From assembly GCA_951406725.2 (NCBI GenBank), contig OX597823.1:36704001-36768000 (forward strand): a DNA stretch of 64,000 bases. The letters run 5' to 3'. Within the stretch, counting starts at the first letter, position 1, and each line of letters begins with the position of its first letter. The stretch comes from Octopus vulgaris. Its lineage: Eukaryota. Of the stretch, positions 12,960 to 25,209 are shown piece after piece. A program made the translations under genes and the position numbers. The notes below the pieces were generated by a model. It was given only the letters and a program-made list of their open reading frames with translations, made no database searches and had not been told where the DNA came from.

Positions 12960-14350
12960 AATTTTGTCAGTCAACCATTTTTTTTTTATATGGATGACCT
13001 CAAGTTGTATTTTGTAAATGACAAACAACTAGAAACACTTCTGCAGACAGTATATAAATTTACCAGAAAGAAACTGATCTGAGATTTGAATTTTAAGAAA
13101 ATGTATTGACACAACTTCAAAGAAAGAAAAATTAATGAAGAACACTAATATCATGTTGGATAAAGAAACAGAAATAAGAGAATTACTCCAACCACAGATT
13201 AACAAATACTTGGGAATTAGTGAACTAGGCAGTGTATGACATACTGCGTAAAAGAAAAAAGTTAAGAAGGAATATTGTTGATGTATTTAATTAATATTTG
13301 AAACAGTGGAAGGCAAAAAATGTGGAAAATGTGGTGTGAATACTGATGCTGTCTCTGTATTAAGTTAGAATATGATCAACTGGATTAAGAATGAATGAAT
13401 AAAACCAGACAGAACAACAGGGAGAAATATTGCCTGTATTTAGAATACACTACTTAAAATCTGACGTAAAGATATTTACCATGAATATGAGGAAGTAGGA
13501 GCCTTGTATATTAAGAAACTATTATAAAATATTCACTAGAAGCCTACAAAAATACTTTTTAAAGAATATTGGGAAATTACTGATACAATTAGAAAATAGT
13601 TACAAAATGTGCATAAAATAAAACACTGTTTTTTTGTCTTCAAGAAATGCAGCCACTAGAAAATGGAAGGTGTAGTAAGAGATGTGAAGAGAAAGGGAAA
13701 ATAGTAGCAACAGAATTTGTAGAAAAGTCAATATTAATCTAAAAATGAGGTTAAGGTATAGTATGCTGAAATGATGGTAAGAGAGACCCCTATATTACCA
13801 AGACCTAAAAATAGACAGAAAAAAATTGCAGTGTTGGCTGACACAGAGTAGAGAATGAAGGATTCTTCATTATGGCACTGGATGAAAGCTGTCACACTAG
13901 AAACTATCATAAGTATGTAATGAACTAGAATACATTAACTACTGAATATGTACAGATTTGAAAGAAACTATTAACTACTTTGTCATTGTTGCTTAGTTTC
14001 AGCCAAGAGAGGATGCATCTCCAGATATGAGAACATTGGCTTTATGTTGGCAGTTATGCCAGCACTATGAAATATCATTTGGAAGAGGTAGTGTTATGCA
14101 CCAGAAAAAAATACCTTATGATGAAAAAGTAACCATGTCTTGGGATATACCAATCCACACTGACAAGACAATCGATGTAATTTGACCAGATATCAACCAG
14201 AGAATTATTAAAGATCACCAGAAAAAAAGAAAAAAAAGAAGCATCTTCTGATTGAAGTATGGTTCCTAATACATTGAATATTATGTATTAGGAACCATAC
14301 TTCAATCTGTCCATTTCTCTAGTAGATGTATTATCTAAATACAAATCTTT
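12960..14350 (+). mobile_element. Highly decayed R4/Dong-like (REL endonuclease) LINE
   Basis: YMDDLKLY RT motif near 12990, and WDIPIHTDKTI...PDI endonuclease remnants near 14140-14195. Confidence 0.7.
14250..14307. repeat. Perfect 25-bp hairpin with 8-nt loop
   Basis: GATTGAAGTATGGTTCCTAATACAT - TGAATATT - ATGTATTAGGAACCATACTTCAATC. Confidence 0.95.
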
Positions 14351-16109
14351 CTAGAGTTTATTTAATCATTCATCTTTCTGGGGTGGAGTGGGGGTTATTT
14401 AAACAATTATAAGTCATAATATTGCTTTCAAAATTTTGGCACAAGGCTATCATACTTGGAGGAGTGGTAAGTCAATTACATCAACCAAGTACTTAACTGG
14501 TACTTATTTTATTGGCCTTGAAAGTTAACCTTGGCAGAATTTAAACTGAGAACTACAGTGCTGTAGGAATTCTGCTAGCTCGCTGCCTTTTTATGAGTTA
14601 TAATGTTAGCTTTGATGATATCAACCAGCTCTTTTTCATTGTTAGAAGAAATCCCTGAGTTCACAAGAACATCTTTCCATGCTGATTGTAGATACATGGT
14701 TACATAGTTTTGTAATTTTAAGTATCAAGAATTATTATCTGACCATGTTTTTTTTTTAAAAAAAAAACTATAGTTCTCAAGTTAGTATAGACCCTTGAAC
14801 TCAACCTATAGTGTATAAGCCTATCACTTTTTTTTAAGAACACTGTTTATGAAACACCAGTCTTTTATGTAAGAGTTATGTCTGAAGAGGGTATGGATAA
14901 AATGTTAATATAAGTAACAAATGACCAGAGTAATTAATTTTTAGAGTGGCACCAGGTAGTAAAAAGATAATTATGATCTTTATTTTAGCATGAGATATAA
15001 TTATTTACAGTCTAAGTAAAGTCTTGTGAGGGGACTCAATAACATTTAATTGTGTTGATTTAATTTCAAAATGTAAAGAAGACATTTGTCTTTTTCTACT
15101 TTGTTAGTAAAATATATAGTTTCAGTGTGTGGAGGAAGTGTAATAGCCCAACATTTCAGCAGAGTTGAGGGTTGAAGTGAGCAACTTGATATTCTATAAT
15201 GAAAGTTAGCTGTTGTTGGGTGTTAGTGTTCTGGGCATGGCAATGGTAATAGTATTTCTCAGTATATGACACTAATGTAGACACACTTGATGAGTCACCC
15301 TGACCTCAACACTGGATAATCAGTTTGAGTAGATTGATACCAGTAAACTGTTGCTACATCGCCATCTTCTTTACTACTGCAACCATATCTGTTGCTCTTT
15401 GCTCATTATGCAAAACATTGACTTTCTATGTATCTTCTTCATTGGACTGCATCTCATCTGTTGGCCCCATTATTTTCAGATTTAAACTAAATATTTCATC
15501 CCTAGTCTTCTTTGTTCCATCTCCTCTAAAATAAGTTTGTATGTGTGTGTCTATATATATCAACACACATACACAGCACGCATACACACACACACGAAAT
15601 CTCCCATTACCAACATGCAGCAATATTTCACTATACATCCATTACCCATTAAGCAGCAGTGTTTTCAAACTGTTATTCTTGTTTTCAATTTCATTGTAAA
15701 CTATTCTTTAGAGTAGACACATTAAGAGAAGGACATTACCAACTAGCAATTTGAATTTGGTTACACATTTCATTGCCCTTACAACTTACTGTGGTGCCAT
15801 TAATTTCCACATTGTCACTTGGGGTATCCAAAATTGATACCTAGGCCTGACTATCAACATTCATCTTTGCAATATGTTTTTATATTTGCTTAGTCTTCTA
15901 AAGTTTATTATCTTAGCTATTTTTAATTCATATATTAACTGTGCCACTAAGGAGGAGCACAAACTGTTTGAACTCCTGCACGTTTTGCTATTGTAAAATA
16001 TCCTATTTTAAATATTGCTCACTGTAGCTCAACCATGACAGTATAACTTCTTTAGTTTCAGTGCTGTAGATAATTCCTACTACTACTGATTGTATGCTTT
16101 TATATTATT

Positions 16110-16395
16110 ATTATTATTATTATTTTTCAGTAGTTTTATTTTTTATAGCGTGCTTTCACTTCACTACCGAGTGCAGCTCTGTGTGCCTTGGGTATGTGCT
16201 GTAATTTGTTGTGATGCTCTGATGGTTATTGTATGGAAAGTGTTCTGCGTAGGATGTGTGCAGTGCCTAGTAGTGCAATTTTCTGTATGTTATATGTGTT
16301 TGTAAGTCCTGATGTTTTTGTTATGTATTTGTCTGAATATTTTTTTATCATGCCTAATGCACCTACTATGATAGGAATTGTTTCTGTTTTTAGAT
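16110..16395 (-). mobile_element. R4/Dong-like LINE 3' end
   Basis: LKTETIPIIVGALGMIKK...IQKIALLGTAHILRRTLSIQ*, flanked by (AAT)n. Confidence 0.8.
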
Positions 16396-16479
16396 TATTA
16401 TTATTATTATTATTCTTCTTATTCTTCTTATTATTATTAGTAGTAGTAGTAGTGGTAGTAGTAGTAGTAGTAGTTGTAA

Positions 16480-16950
16480 GGTGGAGAGCTGGCAGAATCA
16501 TTAACATACTGGACGAAATGCTTGGCAGTATTTCACCCGTCACTATGTTCTGAGTTCAAATTCCGCCGCGGTTGATTTTGTAGTTCATCCTTTCAGGGTC
16601 AATAAATTAAGGACCAGTGAAACACTTGGGTTGATGTAATTGACTCACCCCCACTCTAATTGCTGCCCTTATAGCAAAATTTGAAACCATTTTTAGTAGT
16701 AGTAGTATGGCAGTAAGCTGGTAGAATTGTCAGTGTGATGGACTGCATAGCAGCATTTCTTTAGACATGGCCTGGACCAATCTCTGGTCGAAACATATCT
16801 AAGTTTTTTTACATCCTGAGTTCAAATTCTACTGTGGTCATCTTTGTCTTTAATCCTTTTGGGGGTTGATAAACTAAAGTGCCAGTCAAGTACTAGGGTT
16901 GATGTAATCAACTTACCCCTCCCACTAAAATTCCTGCCCAAAGCAGAAGT
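16480..16950 (+). mobile_element. Two tandem copies of the dominant SINE family (GAGCTGGCAGAATC...GTCGACTTTGCCTTTCATCCTTT...AAGTACCAG)
   Basis: About 25 recognisable copies in the window in both orientations, e.g. 2830-3015(-), 11610-11825(-), 14425-14590(-), 26420-26610(+), 32595-32810(+), 34265-34465(-), 47710-47905(-). Confidence 0.8.
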
Positions 16951-17589
16951 TATTACTTGTTTTGGCCATTGTATTGTGGCTATGTTGGGGCACTGCATTG
17001 AAAAGTTTAGTCAAATATATCAACCCCAATAATTATTTTTAGTTGGTACTTATTCTATAGGTCTCTTTCACTGAGCTGCTAGGTTATGGGAATGTTAACA
17101 AACCAGCACATGTACACGTATACACACACAAAGAGCCAGATGTCAATTGTAAACAAGTGTTGTTTGGTAAACTGTGTCTTGCTTTCACTAATTGCTTTAA
17201 GTGCCTCTCTAGTTGTAGTCTCCTCCCCTTTCATTTAGTGTCATATACAGGATTTGAAAGTTGGAGAGAGAGATAACTGCACCAGTACTTAGTTGGTACT
17301 TATTATTAGTTTTGTAGACTAGAGCAATGGGAAATGAAGTGCCTTGTTTAAAAACACAATGTGCTGTCAAACCCAGCAATTGACACAACAAATTATGATC
17401 ATGAGCTAAACATCTAACTACTAGGATATGTGCCTCCCCCTCCCCCACGTACATACATTAGTTATACATTGTTGTGATTTTAGTCTAGTAAGAGTGAATT
17501 CATGTTATCAAACAGTTTCATGTTGAAAATCTTTCCAAGCTTAGAAAGGTTAATATAACAATCATTGGGCATTGCTGGATAGAATAGTG

Positions 17590-17925
17590 TAGGTTTGGTA
17601 GAGAGCTCATGCTTTATTCTTCAACGTAAAACAATCTGCTAACCTGAATAGGCCTTTGTGAGATTAAATTTATGTATTGGATGAATCATAGGACCTACTC
17701 TATTACCTAATGCTAATATGGTCATGTGATGCATATGGATGGGGGCAGCTACATACAGAAGTGCTGAACTCTAATTGTAGAGGGAACCTGTGAAAAGGAG
17801 TAGACTCAGGAAAATGTGGGATGAAGTAGTGAGGAATCTTCAAATGTTGAGCCTCATAGACGTGATGACAAGTGATTAGGATTCTGCCAATTTGCTGTGT
17901 TTGAAAGGATGTGTGAAACTAAGTG
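17590..17925 (+). mobile_element. Decayed RTE 3' fragment
   Basis: Similar to ~3950-4260 (YGHVMHMD...EGTC...RKMWDEVV). Confidence 0.6.
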
Positions 17926-18753
17926 AAATCATGGGCATTCACTCATCATAGATGCAAGTCCCACTGCAAGTCCCTCCATTCTCTCATGGGCCTTTCTGCA
18001 CACTCACCATGCCTTCACATATCTTCCCTATCCCCACTCTCAGCCTTTACAATTTCCTTCACTATCACTTGATACAGTCATGGCTTCAACATCTCTAAAC
18101 ATATCCACTCAAACCCTCGTGGAACATCCTTTTCTATCTGTTCTATACAATTTATACCCCACCCACTATTCCCTATAGGTAGACTCCAAAACATCTCAAA
18201 CACTATTTCTCTCTCTCCCTCCCTCTCCCCCCTCTCTCTCTCTCTATCTCTCTTTCGAGCTTTCTCTCTCTCTCTCTCCCACCTCCTTTCTCATCCTACT
18301 GGGTAAGCAAGTATCTCCTCTATAGTAAAATAACTATCTCTGTCTCTCTATTATACTCAGACCTCTCACCCGGAACACAGCCACATCCCTTGGTTCCACT
18401 GCCCCTTTTAACTAAGAGGTTTTTGTCTTGCAAGTTGCTTAGCAACCATGCTGGTGCTGGTGCCATGTAAAAGGCACATGTACTGGTGACACATAAGAAG
18501 CGTTGGTGCCAGTGTAACATGCAGAAGCGTCAGTGCAGGTGCTATAAAAAAGGAAGTACACTCTGTAAAGTGGTTAGCATTAGAAGAGCATCCAGCTGTA
18601 GAAACAATGCCAAAACAGGAGACCGATTCAGCTCTTCATCTTGCTGGCTTCAATCAAACTGTCCAAGTCATGCCAGCATGGAAAACGAATGTTGAACAAT
18701 GATGATAATAATACATATATATGTGTGAGTATATCTATCTGTGTGTGTGTATA

Positions 18754-18844
<91 letters not shown>

Positions 18845-18933
18845 AAAATAAATAAATAAATAAATGTGGCCGCGCGTGTACCGTTGGCGATTTTTTTTCC
18901 CCTGTCTTCCTTTCTCTGGATCTTTCCTTCTAT

Positions 18934-18968
18934 GTTTCCGACAAAGATCTCCGCTTGAAACGTTAAAC
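18934..18968 (+). ncRNA. Degenerate minimal hammerhead-like motif in a short TA-flanked element (~18863-19062)
   Basis: GTTT-CCGACAA-AGATCTCCGCTT-GAAA-CGTT-AAAC. Stem I is GTTT/AAAC, stem III has the AACGTT palindrome, and the core is altered. Confidence 0.35.
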
Positions 18969-19645
18969 CCTCCTTCTTTCCTGAGCGTCCAATAATACTA
19001 TATTTGTTCCACGTTCTTGCGTTGTTGTGTTTTTTGTGTGCTTTCTTGTTTGGATTAACTTTATATGTATATATATATATATGTACATGTATATATGTGT
19101 TTATGCATATATATATATATATCTGTATGTAATATATGTATTTATATATATATATATATATATATGTGTATGATGGTTGTTCAAGGTTTGAGAGGGAGAG
19201 AGTAAAGTATGAGAGAATTAGGAGGGTGCTTAGACGGGGGGGGGCGACCCCGAGGAAAGTCAGAGTTTTGCTTTTTATCTGTGTGGTTTGTGAGCGGATG
19301 TGTTTGAGCCATGCAGGCCTGGTGAGCCATCAAAATTCTCACAGAAATCGACATGACAAGCAATGATGTGGCTATTAAAGTTCACAACAGAACATGTGTA
19401 AAATGTGGAAGAGTATACCTCTTAGTTGGAGGTCTAAAAGGACATGTTAAGGGAGTGCATATGGTGGCACCTGTTTCTCCTGCCAGCCAGCCAGCCAGCA
19501 CAGTTGTCTAGTATGTAATAAGATGTGTAAAAGCTTGTCCGGGTTTAAAAATCAAAAAGGGCATCACACGGCAACAATTATGAATCATTTCAGCAAGTCA
19601 TCTTGGCAATGGCTTTTCTCGTGTAATGAGGATGCAGCTGTAATG

Positions 19646-19702
<57 letters not shown>

Positions 19703-19703
<1 letters not shown>

Positions 19704-20070
19704 AAACTTAGATATGTTTTGACCAAAGATTGGTCCAGGCCATGTCTAACTTAATAGCCCCATCTGATAGGATTATCTGAATCCTGTTTAAGTCAAGTTT
19801 TGTTTATGGTCCATTCAAGTAGTGAGTTTTTGTTGGGTGAGTTGTATCCAATTATGGGTGGCTTATCTGGTATTCCTTGAAGGAATCTATCCAGACTCCG
19901 TTAGAAGTTGATGGGATCCTTTTGCTCTTTGATCTCTTTCGGGACAATGTTAAATAGGGCAGGGCCTGTTGAGGTAAAGAAATTTATGTTGCAGTGTACA
20001 TGTATGCTGTGATCTTGAATTGGGCAGGGGACGTATGGTCCGTGGTCCCAGTCTTGGATGAACCTTGAAG

Positions 20071-20071
<1 letters not shown>
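19703..20071 (-). mobile_element. CR1/L2-group LINE 3' end
   Basis: [19 protein letters not shown]...LDRFLQGIPDKP..GY...NSLLEW C-terminal signature, plus a terminal stem-loop GACCA-ATCTT-TGGTC. Confidence 0.75.
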
Positions 20072-20072
<1 letters not shown>

Positions 20073-20127
<55 letters not shown>

Positions 20128-20182
20128 ATATATATATATGTGTGTGTATGTATGTATGTATATATATGTATGTATGTGTGTG

Positions 20183-20213
<31 letters not shown>

Positions 20214-20388
20214 GTATATATATATATATATATGCATGTATGTATATATATGTATATATATATATATGCATGTATGTATATATAGGTATATATATATATG
20301 TATATATATATGTGTATATATATCTGTCTGTGTATATATATATATTTATATGTATGTATATAGATATGTATATGTTTGTATATATACA
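20073..20388. repeat. (TA)n/TATG microsatellite
   Basis: Seen directly. Confidence 0.95.
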
Positions 20389-20871
20389 AATTAGGAGGAA
20401 TGACCACCAAAGTGGATTCCTAATATGATAAAGATAGACGTCAAATCACCTTACCATGAAGAGTGTGTTCTCAAGAAAAATTTCAGCAGAATGTGAAAAT
20501 GAGCAAGGCAAATGAAAATATATGAAATAAAGAATGATTACCTATGGACCATGGTTTTGTTTGTTAATATTTACAAATGTAAATACCTGCAAACTACCAT
20601 GGTCTGTAGGTAATTGTTTTTTTATTTCATTAATTTTCATTTGTCTTGCTTATTTTTCCATTCTGGCATTTGCTGCAATTTTTTTTGTGATAAGGCGATT
20701 TAACGCCTATCTTTAGCATATTAAGAATTCACGTAGGTGGTCATTCCACTTAATTTGTATGTAATATAATTTTTAATCTTTAGATTTTTAAATATGCTAA
20801 GCCACTGGTTTTAATTGATTAATATCAATTTCTACCCTCATTATTTAATTTTATGTATGTATGTATGTATG

Positions 20872-20904
<33 letters not shown>

Positions 20905-20970
20905 ATATATATAGATAGATAGATATGTATATATACATATATATAATACATATATAGATATGTATATATA

Positions 20971-21133
20971 TAGGCGCAGGAGTGACCGTGTATAAAAAGT
21001 TTACTTCCTAACTACATGGTTCCGGGTTCAGTTCCACTGCGTGGCACCTTGGGCAAGTGTCTTGTACTATGGCCTTGAGCCAACCAAAGCCTTGTGAGTG
21101 GATTTGGTAAATGGAGACTGAAAAAAGCCTGTC

Positions 21134-21135
<2 letters not shown>
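20971..21135 (+). mobile_element. tRNA-derived SINE, 5' half (GGCGCAGGAGTGGCTGTGTGG family)
   Basis: Box B-like GGTTCAGTTCC. The family recurs at 29828-30210, ~42395-42690, 47909-48210 and 50150-50570(-). Confidence 0.8.
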
Positions 21136-21168
<33 letters not shown>

Positions 21169-21196
21169 TAAATAAATAAATAAATAAATAAATAAA

Positions 21197-21905
21197 TGGA
21201 GTTAAACGCAGGTGTTATTTAAATTCTTTTACTTCTGACACATGTTTCGAAGATATCACTGGTATTATTCCAAAGGAATAAAATGGTGTAAAACAATGTA
21301 ATCTTCTCTTCAGGGAAATGAAGAAATGAAACTCGTCAATAAATATTTATTAAAATAATAGGGCACTTGGTAAAACTTAATAGTGTAAAATATACACATA
21401 TACATGAATAAAAGGTGATAAACCCTAAAAGGTTAATACGAGTGAAATCGAATTAAGAAAAAATATATGGTATAAATTCATGCATAATAAAGGCGACTAA
21501 AATAATGTAAACATAAATATATAAAAATACAAGAGTATAAATATAAAAAATAAAGTGTAAGGTAACCAGAACGGTCCATTTACGCCCATCTCTATGTTTG
21601 TTTCAAAGGATGCTGCTTCACATTGTTAATGTACAATCCCTTGAGGAAATTGAATGGCATCATCTTTTCATCAGGAGAAAACTTCACATTTCTGGTTATT
21701 ACATTGTTCAATTGCAGACAAGTTATTTTTATATATTTATATTTTTTTTTAGCTCCATTGCCTTAGATTTTTAGTTGCCTTTATCATCCATGAATTTATT
21801 CCATATATTTTTCTTCATTTGACTTCACTCATATTAACCTTTTAGGTTTTCTCACCTTTTATTTGTGTTTATGTGTATATTTTATACTGTTGGGTGCCCT
21901 ATTAT
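21197..21905. mobile_element. Decayed Penelope-like element with hammerhead and internal inverted duplication
   Basis: Hammerhead at 21231-21319. 21355-21502 is a diverged inverted copy of 21768-21905. A minus-strand CNNQKCEV remnant resembles the PLE Cys linker. Confidence 0.5.
21231..21319 (-). ncRNA. Type I hammerhead ribozyme, canonical core, one stem I mismatch
   Basis: Minus strand reads ATTTCC-CTGAAGA-GAAGAT...ATCTTC-GAAA-CATGT-GTC-AGAAGT. Stem II is long and extended, stem III contains the ACATGT palindrome, and the first pair of stem I is a C/A mismatch. Confidence 0.75.
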
Positions 21906-22943
21906 CTAATATATAAATCTCGTTCTGTCTTTTTTGTGCGCTTATAACTCGAGTATTGTTCATACAATTGTGCTGAAATTTTAAACATGGATACTTGAGA
22001 GAGCAAGGCGTTCCGTAATCTAAAACATTTTTCAAAATTGTCAGCTTCAAAGTGAGAATCGCTATTTTTGTAATCTTTTCGTTCTGCTTCTTTCACCATC
22101 CTGTTCATTAACCGGTGTTCTAAACAATTCATTTCTATGTTTTCACATTTAAATGACAGTTATATGTAACTAAAGCTTGCTATTTGTAAATACAGTCTCA
22201 TTTTAATTTAAATATTACACCACAAACAACTGTATTCATTTCCGCATTTTCACATGTTTGTAAGCAGCCAAACTCTTGATATCACTCTAACTTTAATTAA
22301 CAGTAATCAATCACATGCATTCACAGTCAAATGTGTTCTTATGGCTGTTTTACATGCAATAAACCAGCTGACATGAAAAACTGCTTGGAAAAGGCACTTA
22401 ATTCAAGTGAGCAAAAAAGTGAAAATAAAGCAAATAAATAACTGGTGATGACTCAATTTTCTGAAGATATTCTCAACAAAATTCAATTGAAAGTAGAAAA
22501 GACTAATTAATTACTAATGAAATGTGAAAAATTGGGGGGGATTACATCTAAAATCTTGCCTCACATTTCTCATTCAACTTTAAAAAAATAAATGGTATTG
22601 TTCAATTTTTGAGATAAAATTGATTTGCAAAGTACATGCCTTATGCTATTTTATTGCACATTGTGTTATTTCACCCCTGAGTTTCAACTCTTTTTGTGCC
22701 AGTTTTTGAGAGAGGAGAGACTTTCTTAAGCATTTTTGCGTCTTTATTGAGTAACAGTTTCTACATGCCTGTCCATCAGGTGCTTAAAACTTCCATTTAT
22801 ATTTTTATTTGAAATTAATGTTACTTATCCCGTAATTCTTACCACTTCAAAATAAAATATGTAAAGCAACAGTTGTCAAATGCAAAAGCCAAAATTCACG
22901 GAAACAGATACTACATCCAAAATTAAATGCAGCATAATTACAA

Positions 22944-23449
22944 TCAACTAATAAGGGTGAGAAAATTGGATACTAATTTAATAGTACATCCATTTAACAC
23001 CAAGTGGCAGGGGTACTTGAATTATAACAGCGAATGCAATCGACTGGACCGCACGTGTGTTTATCGTTATGGTGAAATCTAGCGTGCGGTCGAGTAAATT
23101 GTATTCTGGACGGGTTCGGCTGAAGAGCTACAGATATATGTTATGTGAGTAAAATTACATAATTTATTAATAGCGAAACAATTGTCCTGAACCAATCTGC
23201 ATTTTTGTTATGTTTATTTGCCCTGTTCGTTTGCGCTAGTAGTTGTGCTAACTTTCATCGGAAACAATTCTTTTGTGGCTGAAACCTAGCGGATCTATTT
23301 TTAGTGCTAGAGTAGACCACATGTTGGTTACTCTCTTATATTTATGTATAAAATTTATCATAATCCGGGTTTTTTATGCACTAAGCCACTTGGTGTTAAA
23401 TGGATGTACTATTAAATTAGTATCCAATTTTCTCACCCTTATTAGTTGA
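22944..23449 (+). mobile_element. Penelope-like pseudo-LTR with hammerhead and inverted 65-bp end
   Basis: 22944-23008 is the exact reverse complement of 23385-23449. The spacer holds the canonical hammerhead. The element ends at a (TA)n tract next to a PLE RT fragment. Confidence 0.7.
23113..23193 (+). ncRNA. Type I hammerhead ribozyme, canonical core
   Basis: Stem I GGTTCGG/CTGAACC (7 bp, one GU); CTGAAGA 23120-23126; stem II GCTA/TAGC with inner TTATGTGA/TTACATAA hairpin; GAAA 23175-23178; palindromic stem III ACAATTGT; GTC cleavage triplet 23184-23186. Confidence 0.88.
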
Positions 23450-23450
23450 G

Positions 23451-23479
<29 letters not shown>

Positions 23480-23487
<8 letters not shown>

Positions 23488-23880
23488 TTATGTGTATATT
23501 TTACTTTATCCTTATAACCTGCATTTGCCAAGGCTATGTTGTATTGGTCCTTATGCTTGTTAAATATATCCTCATTCAGTGACAAGTATGATAGTCTACT
23601 GCTGATAGTTTTAATTAAAGCATTTTTTATTGATGTTGGGTGATTACTTTGGGAGTGTATGTACTTAATATTGGAATGAGGTTTTTTAATAGGTTCATGG
23701 AGTTCTGTTACTAAATTAACATTTGCATCTAAGAAGTTTATAGAATTATACCCTCTTTCAATGGTGATGGGAAATCCAAACCTTTTAAAATATTTATATA
23801 ATTGTTTCTTAATTAGCTCCATGCGTCTATTAGAGACGGTTTTTACGATGAATAATGCATCATTTCTATACAATCCTTAC
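23480..23880 (-). mobile_element. Penelope-like element reverse transcriptase fragment
   Basis: GLYRNDAL (degenerate YRDD)...INFLDANV...KKPHSNIKYIHSQSNHPTSIK...ISSRLS...YNIALANAGY matches the PLE RT palm/thumb signatures (FLD, SNHP, GY). Confidence 0.85.
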
Positions 23881-24135
23881 TACTTCTGAAAACATTCATC
23901 TTATAATTATTTTAATTTCATAAAATAATTATCTAAAGATTTCTGAATTGAAACAGCTGTCAGAGATGTTGTCATATTTTATAATTAAAAAGTAATTTTA
24001 TTAATTGCTTCTCCAATTTTTCCTTATTCTTTAAATATATATTTATTTGTATGTATATATATATATGTTCATATGTGTGTGTGTATGTATATATATATAT
24101 ACTTTATTTAAAAGCAGCAGAAAATATAACAAAAG

Positions 24136-24173
24136 CTGTTACTCAGAGTTTCATGTTCCCATTCATCTGACAG
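24136..24173 (-). ncRNA. Minimal hammerhead motif (U4A variant), same family as 30381-30418
   Basis: Minus strand reads CTGT-CAGATGA-ATG GGAA CAT-GAAA-CTCTGAG-TA-ACAG. Stem II covaries with the 30.4-kb copy and keeps a GNRA loop. Confidence 0.58.
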
Positions 24174-24446
24174 TTTTGTTAAAATAGAACTGAAATAACA
24201 ATATGATCAAAACTAGTTAAAGGATACACCTTTACAAATGGATTTATTTCATTGGTCCTTTCGATTAACGGTCTTAAGTATGCAATGAACAAAATAAACG
24301 AATTCAATAAATACTCATCCTATTATAAAAATCTATATATATTCATTTATATATACATGTATATATGGGTACAGGATGTCACCAACTGTAAACAACATGA
24401 AATACGAAACAAGGAAGTTAAGTACACAAACGAGTTAAATACATAA

Positions 24447-24870
24447 ACAGGGCTGTCTTATGAAGAGAGGCTGAAGACGCTCGACCTTTATTCTCTAGAA
24501 AAACGACGACGCCGTGGTGATCTCATTCTTGCTCACAACATCATAAGCGGAAAGTGTAAACTCTTGAAAAAGCTGTTCTTCACTCCTGCTCCAGAGCGTC
24601 GGCTGCGGGGTCATTCCGAAAAGCTCTATCTGCGATGATTTCATCTCAATCGAAGGAGAGGGGCTTTCTCCGTCTGGGTTGCGGATCTGTGGAATAAGCT
24701 GCCAGACGAGATGGTGAAGATGCCGACGACCGCTCGGTTCAAAGTCTCCCTTGACCACAAGTGGCCTGAACTCTTTACATGAACACCACCCTGTACATAA
24801 CTCCATGTCCCCCTACATGGCCTTGCTTTTTGCTTTTTGAGCCAAAAAATTAACTAACTAACTAACTAAC
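24447..24870 (+). mobile_element. CR1-clade LINE 3' end, young
   Basis: GLSYEERLKTLDLYSLEKRRRRGDLI...RLRGHSEKL...FSVWVADLWNKLPDEMV...FKVSLD, then a (TAAC)n tail. Confidence 0.9.
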
Positions 24871-25150
24871 ATATATGTATATATATATATATATATATGT
24901 ATACACACACACACACATGTATATATTTGTATGCTTGTGTCTCTGTTTGTCCCCTCCACCACCACCATCACTTGATAACTGATGTTGATGTGTTTACGTC
25001 CCCATAACTTTGCAGCTCAGCAAAAGAGACCAATAGAATAAATACTAGGCTTACAAAAAATAAGTCCTGGGGTCAAATTGTTCAACTAAATCTCCTTAAG
25101 TTGGTGCACCAGCATGGCCACGGTGAAATGACTGAAACAGGTAAAAGAAC

Positions 25151-25209
<59 letters not shown>

